The notes under the pieces are model-generated. The model searched no databases. It had not been told where the DNA came from and saw only the letters and a list, made by a program, of their open reading frames with translations. The position numbers were made by a program, and so were the translations under genes. A stretch of 64,000 bases of DNA from Eledone cirrhosa. Lineage: Eukaryota. The DNA is taken from the NCBI GenBank assembly GCA_964016885.1, contig OZ024740.1, positions 201,376,001 through 201,440,000 on the forward strand, given 5' to 3'. Shown piece after piece: positions 27,985 to 41,279 of this stretch (the first letter of the stretch is position 1; each line of letters starts with the position of its first letter).

Positions 27985-28284
27985 TTAGTGATTTAATCCT
28001 GGTATGTATATAAGAATTTCTAACATTAATTTTTACCTAATTATGTATGGTTGACCGTATATTTAATTAATTTCCACGTGCTGTTGAAATGTTGGGTAAA
28101 TATTCTATAGCGGTTGCACGCGAAGACGCCGCAATGGCGTATTTATTTACTGTTTCTTCATAGATGCCTTTTATTCTTATAGCCTCGTCTAATTGATTTT
28201 TTTGTGTGGTTAATTATGCTGATTGGGAGTAGAGATCATGTATATATATTATCAAATACTTCTCTGGACATGCTTTACTCTTTA

Positions 28285-28371
<87 letters not shown>

Positions 28372-28604
28372 CACACATATATATACACACATACACACAC
28401 TTATATATATATATTTTTTTACACACACACATATATATATACACATATACACACACACATACACAAAACCATATATACATACATATAAATATACACACAT
28501 AGATGACATATATATATGTATATATGTATATATATATGTATATATATATATATATGTGTGTATATGTGTGTGTTAATATGTATATATATGTGTGTGCGTA
28601 TGTA

Positions 28605-28653
<49 letters not shown>

Positions 28654-28752
28654 ATGTATGTATATATGTGTATATATGTATGTGTATATATATATATATG
28701 TGTGTGTATATATGTATATATATATATGTATATGTATGTATGTGTATATATG

Positions 28753-28785
<33 letters not shown>

Positions 28786-28831
28786 GTGTTTATATGTATA
28801 TGTGTGTATATGTGTGTATGTATGTATATAT

Positions 28832-28877
<46 letters not shown>

Positions 28878-28909
28878 ATATATTTATATATATGTGTGTG
28901 TATGTGTGA

Positions 28910-28967
<58 letters not shown>

Positions 28968-28982
28968 ATGTGTATATATATA

Positions 28983-29041
<59 letters not shown>

Positions 29042-29380
29042 CAGAAAACATTTGTATTTTCTACGCCATCTTTATTTAGTCTGTTTATATATTTATTTAT
29101 TTGTTTATTTTATTTTGTCTTCTTTGCGCATGCGTTTGCGTGTGTGAATAGTGTTTTGTTTGATGTGTGTTCGTGATTGGGTGACTGTGTATTGGTTAAT
29201 GTATTCTATCTTTACTAGTGTGTGTTTATATGTGTTTGTTGTTATTGTGATTGTGTATGTATTTATTTATTTATTTATCTATTTATTTATTTATTTATAC
29301 TTCTCTTAGGTCAGTGTTGTTTGTTTGGGTGTTGTTGTTATTCCATTCATTCTTTCTGTTTAGCCTTGGCCTTCTAAGTT

Positions 29381-29970
29381 CTATTTCACTGGCCTCTCTG
29401 ATGGGTCATTTCTATGTTTAGATATTATTCTAATTTCTATGTTGTCTATGTTACCGTCGTGTTGTTGTCTGGCATGTTCGTATAGTACTGAACCGTTTTT
29501 TCGTCCTTTTAGTTCCCCCCAGTGTTGGTCTATCCTTTCACCTATGCTACGAGCTGTCTCGCCTATGTATGTTGTTGTCATGTTTCTGCAAGTACCCTCT
29601 GTACATCTTATGCTATAGACTACGTTTCTAGTTTTACAGTTTATCCGGGGGTTTACCTTACATATGATACATTTCCTATTAGTACAGTGGGTTTTCTTAA
29701 AAGGGTAGGTTTTGCTGATCAGGGATTTTATGGTCGTTCCTGGCTTTTCTACCACCTCAATCTTTAAGTGGGTCTTTCTCAGGGCCTTTCTACACTGGTT
29801 AGCTAATTTCCCTCCAGGGGTAGCGTCCACAAACATGACACTCTGGTATCTCTGGTTGTCGTACCATGAGGTGGCTTTCCCTATCTTATGTCTAGCCCTA
29901 TCTAAGCTATTCCATGATTTGCTCCTGTATAATGAGCAAATTTCTCTCATGTCCAGTTCTATGAGAGTCT
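29381..29970 (-). pseudogene. PLE3 linker + GIY-YIG endonuclease fragment
   Basis: MFVDATPGG, CTNRKCIICK, CKTRNVVYSIRC, YIGETARSIGERIDQH; frameshifted near the end. Confidence 0.88.
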
Positions 29971-30145
29971 TATACTTCTCCAATAAGCAGTCACCCAATC
30001 ACGAACAGACATCAAACAAAACACTATTCACACACGCAAACGCATGCGCAAAGAAGACAAGATAAAATAAACAAATAAATAAATATATAAACAGACTAAA
30101 TAAAGATGGCGTAGAAAATACAATGCAACGGGAGGAAACAATAGC

Positions 30146-30188
30146 ACCACTGACGATGTTGCAGATGTGCAACGAAAGAACTTTGATA
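30146..30188 (+). ncRNA. HHR in PLE3 pLTR
   Basis: CTGACGA-T-GTTGCA-GATG-TGCAAC-GAAAG-AA-CTT; stem I weak. Confidence 0.7.
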
Positions 30189-30392
30189 AACTATATATAC
30201 GTGTTTGTGTCTATATTGTATCTGTATTATTTTTGACCGTTGGTCAGTCAATGGCAACATTGAGGACCGAATAAATTAGATTACCGATATAAAAGACACA
30301 GAAGCGAAAAGCGAAAACCAACCAAACAGTGGGTGTGTTCTGTTATTAATTCTGGCAATATTACACAAATATGACCCTCCCCAAGTATAACA

Positions 30393-30498
<106 letters not shown>

Positions 30499-30736
30499 GT
30501 GTGTATATATGTATATAAATATATATATATATATAATATTAATGATACTATTTATGGTTATGTATATTTTAAACTTTTTATAGTTATGTATATTTTAAAC
30601 ACTAAACAGTGAAGGTCAGTAATTTATTACTACCTTATTACCAGTAAGATAAATAGCTCAATGTAATAACAACAGTTGTTCTACAGAGCAGTTATATAGA
30701 ATTCAGAAGTATCAAAGCTATGTTCAAAGCATTTAT

Positions 30737-30785
30737 TCACTTACAATTGTTTCATCCAAACCTAGGCTTGGTGTCTTCGGAGCAT
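30737..30785 (-). ncRNA. HHR, CCGAAGA core variant
   Basis: Mirror of 31877-31925. Confidence 0.75.
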
Positions 30786-31876
30786 TTTTCAATGTTTGCA
30801 CATATAATTGACCTCCTTTCCAACGCAAGAGACATACAGATACATATATATATATTGATGTACAGTGGAGTGACATATATTATACTATACTATCTTTGTA
30901 CAGCAATTCAAATTCAAAATCAAAATCAAAATCAAAATTAAAATACATTCGGCATATAACACAGATAATGTAAGAGGATAGTTTGATAGTCAGATCTAGT
31001 AGGTAGTGTATGCGTTAGTTACACATGGAGCATGCAAGTGTGTCTCATTTATATACGATTATTGTGTGGCAAGGTGTTACATGTAATGCAAGCACTTTAA
31101 GCGGGTAAGCAAGAGTATTATGGTGGTTGTAGTGGTAGGGTATTTTTTGTATAGATCATAAAAGTATGTGTGCAGAGAAAGAAAAAGACGAAGAAAAAGA
31201 AAAAGAAAGTTATAGTTTTCGTATCCACCACCATTTTCACATTCAGGAAAAGGAAGACAGTTTTTACATCCATCACATAAGTTACGATGATTCCGTATTG
31301 AATGTTTGATGCATTAAATTATTGTAGCGTATTGAGGCTCAGTGTTATTTAATCCATATTTATAGAATAGGTTCTTTCTGCTGCGAGAATTTACATGTGA
31401 TGGATGTAAAAACTATGTCTTCCTTTTCCAGAATGTGAAAATGGTGGTGGATACGAAAACTATAACTTTCTTTTTCTCCTCTTTTTCTTTTTCTGCACAC
31501 ATACTTTTATGATCTATACAAAAGATACCCTACCACTACAACCACCATAATACTCTTGCTTACCCGCTTAAAGTGCTTGCATTACATGTAACACCTTGCC
31601 ACACAATAATCGTATATAAATGAGACACACTTGCATGCTCCATGTGTAACTAACGCATACACTACATACTAGATCTGACTATCAAACTATCCTCTTGCAT
31701 TATCTGTGTTATCTGCCGAATGTATTTTAATTTTGATTTTGATTTTGATTTTGAATTGCTGTACAAAGATAGTATAGTATAATATATGTCACTCCACTGT
31801 ACATCAATATATATATATGTATCTGTATGTCTCTTGCGTTGGAAAGGAGGTCGATTATATGTACAAACATTGAAAA

Positions 31877-31925
31877 ATGCTCCGAAGACACCAAGCCTAG
31901 GTTTGGATGAAACAATTGTAAGTGA
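31877..31925 (+). ncRNA. HHR, CCGAAGA core variant
   Basis: TGCT-CCGAAGA-CA-CCAAGCC-TA-GGTTTGG-AT-GAAACAATTGTA-AGTG. Confidence 0.75.
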
Positions 31926-31973
31926 ATAAATGCTTTTAACATAGCTTTGATTCTTGTGAATTCTATATATATA

Positions 31974-33038
31974 CCAGATAGAAAAATGCGTACAGCAAAA
32001 AAAAGTAATATTGTTGGAATATAAACCTTTAAAAATACAGGACAAGAAACTAAAATAAAACTTTAAAAGAATAGGACAATAAACTAAGATAACACTTTAA
32101 AAGAATAGGACAAGAAACTAAGATAAAACTTTAAAGAATTGGACAAGAAATAAAAAAGTTTACAATAATATTAGTGGCAAATTTTTATTGGTAAAAAATC
32201 GAGTTCCACATTCATAGGCTCTGGGTTCCACATTCAGAGGTCGTCGTCAGACCGGGGGGATCATTTGATCCTGGTTTGAACACCAATTGGGCCATAACCA
32301 TACCCCTATTTCATCATAATGTGAATGGACCCATGGGCCCATAAGCACAGATCTTGAGCAGCAGCGGACGGTCTTGTCGTCCCGCTCATCCTTGATCTTG
32401 ACCAACCCGTCCATCTTCTCCTTGCATCTTGTCCTTGAGTTCAAGTCCGGCAGTCCAGATGAATGCGTGCCACAGCTTTCTGGTACAGGAAGGGGGAGCA
32501 GGAGGACTGGAGGGATGACGGGACAGAGGGAGGGAGGACCGGTGGTTGAGGGAGGTGCCGTAGTCGGTGGTCAGAGTCGACATCTTGTCCCGGTCGTCTT
32601 CTCCATCTTCGTCTGGTGTTGCGGGACCAGAAGTGCATTCTTGGAGGAGACCTGCAGCTGCATCGGCCAATTCTTCTTGCAATGGTCATTCTGACGGAGC
32701 AGAACTGCTCAGCCAACCAACCCCAACCAGAACCAACCGCTCAGGGGCAACGCACAATGAGAGCATGACAATTATTATGCACTAATCAAGAAGATACTGG
32801 GGCATAGCACAGGAAACGAATAAAAAAATTTTGCCACTAATATTATTGTAAATTTTTTTATTTCTTGTCCAATTCTTTAAAGTTTTATCTTAGTTTCTTG
32901 TCCTATTCTTTTAAAGTTTTATCTTAGTTTATTGTCCTATTCTTTTTAAGTTTTATTTTAGTTTCTTGTCCTGTATTTTTAAAGGTTTATATTCCAACAA
33001 TATTACTTTTTTTTGCTGTACGCATTTTTCTATCTGGT
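31974..33038. repeat. Inverted repeat, about 210-bp arms with internal 33-bp subrepeats, around a GC-rich core
   Basis: 31974-32185 inverted to 32826-33038; subrepeat AGGACAAGAAACTAAGATAAAACTTTAAAAGAAT. Confidence 0.9.
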
Positions 33039-33851
33039 CTACTATTTTTTAAGGCAATGCAAGCAACAACTATCTAATAATTAAATGATCATAGTGAATT
33101 ATTGACAAGTGATTGACATTTTAAAGTTCTTTTGAGTATAATTGCAATCTAGTTGAGGCAACTGGCTTAATGACAAAGCTAGTAAATCATGAATGCATTT
33201 GAGATGATTAGTGCATAATAGTGAATTGGTGAAACTTGTGCATTCCAATGGTGTTAGAACAATAGATGTAAGTTATATAGTAGTAATACTTTATCATTTT
33301 AACTTTTTAGAATGGGCAAAAACCCATGCAAAGAAATGACTTTGACTGCAGTGATTCTCTCCAATTTACTTACAAAGCAAAACGTGGTCAAATACCTTAT
33401 CATCTCTGATAAAATTCCCATTGAATCACTGAAAATCGGATGCATGGAATTCCTCATAAAATGCACCTATGAATCGGAAGCCATCACATATATCAATGGA
33501 TATAGGGAGTTGTTCACACTGGAAGACCATCACTTCATTTGTGACTTCATCAGTTATCTCCACGATTATCTCAGACACCCAATGCCATTGATGAGAGGTG
33601 ATCCAATGTGTTAGCATGTAACTAATCTTATAGAAGTTGTTATCGACCACCTGGCTTTTAGTGACATTTGACTGATTTGACTGATAATGATGTATTTTTA
33701 AAAAGTATGTATACATTCTTGTTACTATTTTAAGGCAATGCAAGCAACAACTATTTAATAAAATTTAAATTTAAAAATGACCATTGTGCATTACTAGTAT
33801 GATGACATTTTATTAAGTCACAAAATTAGTCAGTCAGCCATAGAACAAGGA

Positions 33852-34647
33852 TCAGGTGGCAAAAACATTGGCAAAAATTTGTGTCAATTTAAGATTTCCA
33901 ACATTGTTCAAATGAATCATATCTGGTTTGAAGTCAGATTTGTCAAATTTTGACCAATTTTCAATGTTGTGAAGATTGGGCAAGTTCAATTTTTGAAACA
34001 TTTCTTTCATGCAGTAATTAAACTTTTTCAAACGAGAATTTCTCTTGCCCAAGTCATTTTTATTTTCAATTACACTTTGTGGACGTGGAATGACACCACT
34101 GTAGAAAATGGGTGTACAGTGGTGCTTTTCCGCTATTTTCTGTAGCCTTGCAAAGAGACTCTTCCCCTGTTTTTCCGGTTTTGTGCCTCGAATGGGCACT
34201 TTGTCCTTAATTTACAAATAAATGATTAATAAAAAATACTTGGGCAAAAATTATTGTATTACTTTGCACAGCTTTGTAGTGCCAACGGTGCGACGAGGAT
34301 TCAGATCATTAGAGCCGACATGAACCACCAATACTTTCACAAAAGGACAACAGATAACAATGTTGGCGATTAACATTACCTGGCCCTGACGGGCCCCAGG
34401 TATACAAAATATCTAAGTATTTTTGTTGGTATGATAAGTAAATACATTTGAATTAATATTTTTATACCTTCTGGTCATTCGATTTCGCCACATTTCTAAT
34501 TATGGATTTGTAAAAACTGGCATGAATGTGAATTTGATCAGTCCAATTGCCCGATTTTAGTGAAAAGTTTTGATTCGAAATGGAAATACTCCATTTCCGT
34601 GCCATGGAAAAAATGAATAAGCCGATCAAAAAGTCGCGAAACATCAT
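33852..34647 (-). CDS. Spliced SGNH/GDSL hydrolase-like gene (exons 34647-34468, 34412-34263, 34205-33852; about 227 aa)
   Basis: GT-AG introns 34413-34467 and 34206-34262 splice in frame; blocks S-IIRNV, IPGA, VHVGSND, SGVIPR, DMIHLN..G; start codon uncertain. Confidence 0.8.
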
Positions 34648-35219
34648 TTTTAATTAAGCGAAATTAGTGGATGCAAATCTCAGAAAATATTGTACACTAT
34701 TCGCACCTATCGCACTATTCGCACCTATCGGTACAAAAATATAGCGCACTATTCGCACCTATCGGTACAAAAAATCGCACGACTGTTAATAATACTAGAA
34801 GTGCAAACTATCTGTTGAATACCTGGTATATGAAGAGCAACCGATACGATCGGTCGGCGATCGGTCTTGAAGAAGAATGAAGAATGAAGTGAAATTTTGG
34901 TCTGGTTGTTGTCATCGGTGTTTCGCAGAGATGCCGGCACGAACAAAGGTGTCAGTGACACAAAGTTGTCCGCTTGAACAAAGGTGTCGGTCCGACAAAG
35001 GTGTCAGTCAGACAGACAGTCAGACAGTGTCACAGTCGGTGCGACAAAGCGATCGATGCGATTAAAAAAAATTTAACTCACATGTTTACCTATATTTTCG
35101 CAAACTATTGATAGATTGGTACAAAAAATAGCTTTGATAATAAACATAAATTTTTAACGAAGTATTTAAAAAGCATTTTAGCAGTGAAAGGTGAAGTAAT
35201 GTTTCACACTGACGCAAGT

Positions 35220-35343
35220 AGGGCCGTTCAGAAATGACGTAGTCAATTAGGAGGAGGGGATTCGGCGATTTGACTACATTTGACTAACGTAATCACAATC
35301 ACAAGAGTTCCACCGAAAAAAATTCGTCATTTCTGGATTACCT
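35220..35343. mobile_element. Small MITE-like element
   Basis: Imperfect TIR AGGGCCGTTCAGAAATGACG / CGTCATTTCTGGATTACCT. Confidence 0.5.
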
Positions 35344-35693
35344 CCCCTAGCGTCACGCTTACTACTCACTCACTTGAACACAAGATTTATCAGCAAACTT
35401 TGATTATAAACTTTTTCCCGCTGGACCAAATTTCTAGATTTTTAAGCCAAAAGATGCGTAATGATCTACTGTTCATGCTCATATAAGTTTTATCTCAGTT
35501 AAATAAAGTAGAGCCGCGCTGTACTGTCGTAAACAGACGATTGCCAACGAAAACACGACCACAACAATATTACTAAACGGAGTGGCCGTACTCGAAAACG
35601 AGTTGGCAGCCACCATATGTATATATATATGTGTGTGTATATATATATATACATGTGTATGTATGTGTATATGTTTATGTATATATATGTATG

Positions 35694-35792
<99 letters not shown>

Positions 35793-36739
35793 GTATATGT
35801 ATGTATATATATATGTAGCATGTATATATATATATGTATTAATAAAAACTTTAACCTTAGTATTACCATGGACAAAAACACCAAAAACGTCAACTTCCTA
35901 GACGCCACACTCTACCTAGACTCAATGATATATGCACCTTTCCACAAACCTAATGAAAAACTCATCTACGTAGATACCAAGTCTAACCACCCTAAATCTA
36001 TATTGAACTCTATCTCTAAGGGAGTATCTAATAGAATCTCTAATCTATCCTATGACATAAACACATTTAACAATAACTCGCAATATTATAATCAGGCATT
36101 AGCTAGATCAGGCCATAATACAGGGATAGAGTTCCTACCTACAAAAACACATAGCTACAACATCATTTCACACAACATGTCCATGGGAAAATTTAACAAT
36201 AGGAATAGCAACCGCACACACACTAATAGGGATTATAATAACAAAAGTAACCCGCACCACAGAAATGACCATAGGAACATTAAAGGAAACAAATCACCAG
36301 ACATAAAAAACAGAAATAGAAGAAGAAATAATACATTTTTCAACCCTCCTTTCAATTTAAACGTCTCTACCAACCTTCCTAGGGCTTTCTTCTCACTACT
36401 AGATAAACACTTCCCATCCGGCCACAGGTACCACGGCCTTTTAAACAAAAACACTATTAAGATCTTATACTCTACTACGCCTAACTTAGCATACCACATA
36501 GCAAAATTAATTCTTACTTCCAACAAACTATATCACAACGGTCGATAAACCTTCAAAATAACATTCATAATAACAGTCAAAGTAGCATTATAACAAATAA
36601 CCGTAATATCAATGGAAATAATAGTAATAGCACTAGTGTAAACATTAACGCTGCGTACCACAACCCACATAACCATAACCCTATAGCTAACATCCAAACT
36701 TCTACGCAGCGTAGTAACCGGCAGACTAGCACCCAGAGT

Positions 36740-37171
36740 AATTGTAACTGTAGATCAAGTAGAACCTGCCCTTTGGATAAAAAATGCTTAACCAAGGATA
36801 TCATATACTCATGTACAGTCACAACTAACAACTCTTCTGAAACCTATATAGGCTCCACTTCTAACTGCTTCAAAACTAGATACAATTCGCACCTCCACTC
36901 TTTCAAAAAACACAGTCTAGCCAACTCCACTTCACTATCTAGCTACATACACTATCTAAAAACTAAAAATAAAATATATACACTTAAATGGGAAGTGGTA
37001 GGTAGTGCAACATCGTACAAACCACCTAATAAATTTTGTAACCTCTGTCTACTAGAGACCCATACTATCATCTTCTCTAAACATAATCTTCTTAATAAAA
37101 AATCAGAAGTGTTCGCAACTTGCCAACACCGCTTCCGACACTCGTTCCAAAACTTTAAACCCTATATATAA
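36740..37171 (+). CDS. PLE4 GIY-YIG endonuclease domain
   Basis: ORF 36773-37171 with IIY...YIG..R...H and C-terminal CNLC..E. Confidence 0.88.
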   Translation, partial: NCNCRSSRTCPLDKKCLTKDIIYSCTVTTNNSSETYIGSTSNCFKTRYNSHLHSFKKHSLANSTSLSSYIHYLKTKNKIYTLKWEVVGSATSYKPPNKFCNLCLLETHTIIFSKHNLLNKKSEVFATCQHRFRHSFQNFKPYI

Positions 37172-39091
37172 TAATGTCAGACTGGAACCGGCACCACCCC
37201 TAGCAATTAACATCAGTGGCTCACCTTACACCTCACATCCACACCCAATTCTATACTCTAAAGATAATACTGACAGCATTTTAGTACCACCTACCCTGGG
37301 AATACCCCCTTGTACCTCTAATTCTGATATCTCGACCGTGGACTACTTATTCTGCATTGCACAAATATATGATTAGTATAAACTGGGGACACGGTACTGG
37401 TTGCGATAACATAGTCCTGTGCATGGATTCCCACCAAGAGATAGATTGATGATTAGATAGATAATCGTATTGCTATGTGAATATATACTGTAAACGATCA
37501 GTTCAATGAATTATGCACAGGAGATGCATGAGTTAGGAGCCTCTGTGTTGCCTGGTGACCTGACCGGCACCTTTCGACAAGAGAACCGGCCACCGGAACA
37601 CCCTGGTGAACTTACCGGGGATGCAGTCATACTACGACCGGAATCTCCCCGGGAGTCATGTATGATAATAAGACCATTACTGAGAGTGAGATCCATGTAG
37701 TTAATCATGTAGTCTGACTCTTCTTATGGATTGGCCGGGTGTGGCACCCCATGTTGGATTGTAGTCGTCATGATACGAACTCCTTTAGTACTTGTTACTG
37801 GACTCCACTCTAGCTTGTGGATGGGATACCTGATCTATATGGGGGATGTGGGTTTATGTATTGCTTGGTGGCCAGACGGGTGCCCTGGTATGAGAGATTT
37901 AATCTCCAGATTGTAATCATCTTGATGTGAACTCCTTTAGTACCTATTAATAGACTCCACTCTGGCTTGTAGATGTGATACTTAATTGATTTATATATGA
38001 GACGGGGGTTGTCTATTGCATGATGACCAGACTAGTGCCTTTATATGAGAAATTGGATCTCCGGACCATACCGAAGATTTACCGGAGATTCAGACATGCA
38101 TTGACCCGGAGCCTACCGGGTGGCATATATAATAGTGGGACCATACCAGGTCCTACTGTTATATTACATTTGCATGGAACAGTGACTTGTGAGGCTGACT
38201 CCTCTTATAGAATGTTCAGATATGACACCCCTTAATAGATGGTAGTCATCCTAATATATACACCCTTGTACTTCTTAATGGACAACTCTCTAACCTATAA
38301 ATGGGTAGCATACTCTAGAAATTAGTTATAACTTCATATGATAGGCACGTATTTGAATCACCATTAATGTAGTTTAGGATAGTAATTTAACTAAGATAAC
38401 TAGCTAGTTACCTCCCCTTACGCATTAATTCCCCTTAGCCATTCAGACACTTCCGGAATCTGGACAGCATGATCTATTAATTAAGAACCGACTGGATACG
38501 GTTTATAGCTTGATTATATGCTGAACCATCGCGAATTACACGATAGACACGTGTTCTCCATATATATTGCGTCTCTTGGATTATGTGAGTGGTGGTGTGA
38601 GCGAAGACAGTGGTACGGCTTTGCCTACGATACAATAAGGTTTATAGTATGTTGAAAGTTTTTGATATTCTGGTGTTTCCCTGCATCCGAGACTGTATAT
38701 CATACAGATGTATGAGAATATATGACTTAATAATTCAACCCACATAATAAAATCGATTGCCTGCTTCAACTGCCTGACCCTGCAAATATCATTCTGACGC
38801 ACTCTAATCTTGTATAAATAAGACACGCGTGCATGCTACACGTGAGATTGTTTCATACACTGACTACTCTAAGCTTTCCTCTTGCTTTATCTTCATAGAC
38901 TGCCAACGCTTCATGTTTATCTTTATTTTCATTCTTGTTTTTATTTTATTTTTATCCTGTAACCATTATATGTAAATTGCCATGCTATATCATTTGATGA
39001 ATGTCACCTCACTGTTGATCAATATGCGCATATGTTTTATATGTCTCTTGGGTTGAAAAGGAGGTCAAGTATGTTATAGATCAGTAAATAG

Positions 39092-39140
39092 TTGCTCCGA
39101 AGAATCCAAACCTCGGTTTGGAGGAAACAATTGTAAGCAA
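39092..39140 (+). ncRNA. HHR, CCGAAGA core variant, in PLE4 pLTR
   Basis: TTGCT-CCGAAGA-A-TCCAAACC-TC-GGTTTGGA-G-GAAACAATTGTA-AGCAA. Confidence 0.82.
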
Positions 39141-39210
39141 TTAAATGACTTAAACTGAACTTTGATTATTGTAATCTCTATATATATATGTATATGTATG
39201 TATATATATA

Positions 39211-39817
39211 TGTCAGGTCATCACTTGGTGCTGCTGGTAACATGTATTCCAGTACAACCTGTCCCATGGTCGGGTCGTTGGCGACTAAACTGGCAACCCC
39301 ACCAAGGTTTCTTGGTGAGGAGGGTGACTTTGGACATCCTGCAGGACTAAAAACAAAACCTGTCAAAGGGCAAAGGATCTCTTAAGAGTCAATGGCCATC
39401 CAAAATCACCGGGAGAGATGACCCCTTAGCCTTTGTCAAGGCAGAATTCTAGGAGAAGGAAAACTCTGATATAACACCTGCAACCCTGATGGTATCCAAT
39501 GATGTTGACTTGTTCTTCTTTTTGGTAAATATCATCTTGGTTAAGAGAGTGGGACTGGCTTTGTGCAGTGCCTTTGCTCACTATAAAAGCTTCACGGCAC
39601 AGGCATTGCTTTATATCTGGAGATCTCTTTGCACTTGTCGTCACATGGTACCATGGGCCCAGCACTGTGTCAATAATTGTCACAAGTGTAGTGTTTGTAC
39701 CAGAGTTTTCAAGTCGCTGGCTGGACTAAAAAGTCACACTCGTCAGCGCATCGGTAGGCGTTCCCCTACATGGATATAAAGTAGTGGCCGTACTCGAAAA
39801 CGAGTTGGCAGCCACCA
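39211..39817 (+). mobile_element. Non-autonomous RTE-like element B' (LINE 5' part joined to 3' zinc finger and tail)
   Basis: GGAGAAGGAAAACTCTGA 5'-UTR-like motif; [18 protein letters not shown]2H2-like end; 3' hairpin ACTCG-AAAA-CGAGT then (TA)n. Confidence 0.65.
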
Positions 39818-39819
39818 TA

Positions 39820-40555
<736 letters not shown>

Positions 40556-40621
40556 TATATATATGTGTGTGTGTATGTATGTATGTATGTATGTATGTAT
40601 GTATGTATGTATGTATGTACG

Positions 40622-40658
<37 letters not shown>

Positions 40659-40766
40659 TTAAAAACATTGACCACTCCCGTGACGGAAAATAAATTCAAC
40701 AATTTTTAGAATTGTTTGATATGTGACTACTGCTATGTTTTGATCCCATGCCCATATATGGACTGT

Positions 40767-40862
40767 ACCCCTTGATAAGTTCAGCTAGATTACTACCGTC
40801 CTAACACTACTGGGTTAGTTCAGATCTAGCAGTCGAAACGGCCAGTGCTCAGCCGTCGGGGT
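40767..40862 (+). ncRNA. Degenerate HHR with long stem II
   Basis: ACCCC-TTGATAA-..GCTAGAT...ATCTAGC..-GAAACGGC-CAGTGCTCA-GCCGTC-GGGGT; helices intact, core mutated. Confidence 0.7.
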
Positions 40863-41279
40863 CCTGACTCTTTTCCTATATATATATATGTGTGGGGGGG
40901 GGGGGGGGTCTGACTGTCTTTGAACCAGCAGCAGTGAAGCCATGTTAAAGTTACACAAATAACGCACCAAACACAAAAAAAGCTTTGGCTGCTAAGAAAC
41001 ATTTCTCAAAATAGAAGAAATCAACACAATAGACGAGATGCACTAATATTTTTACTGTGTAAACATCCATTTTCGATACAATGAAAATGTTTCATTTCCG
41101 CAAGTAGCTATGAGATTTCTTTCTATGTTATCTGTACTGTTTCTTAACAAGAGATAACAAGGTTTATTCTACAACACTCCAAGTGAGGTTCTATTGCACA
41201 AAGAGGTTGTATTGAACGTCACAACCCCATACTTATAGTTACCTATAACTCTAACGTGAATGAGCATGGCTTTCTGATT

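Larger units (their letters stand above)
29052..30390. mobile_element. PLE3: 5'-truncated Penelope-like element, GIY-YIG on - strand between inverted pLTR segments
   Basis: 29052-29187 inverted to 29988-30123; HHR at 30146; flanked by (TA)n/(TG)n. Confidence 0.85.
30698..31968. repeat. Large fold-back element, about 580-bp arms, one HHR per arm
   Basis: 30698-31280 inverted to 31393-31968. Confidence 0.93.
35830..39178 (+). mobile_element. PLE4: 5'-truncated Penelope-like element (RT thumb + GIY-YIG, about 2 kb 3' region, HHR-bearing pLTR)
   Basis: [64 protein letters not shown]; same protein family as PLE2; HHR at 39092; ends at (TA)n. Linking the 3' region to the ORF is inferred. Confidence 0.85.
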
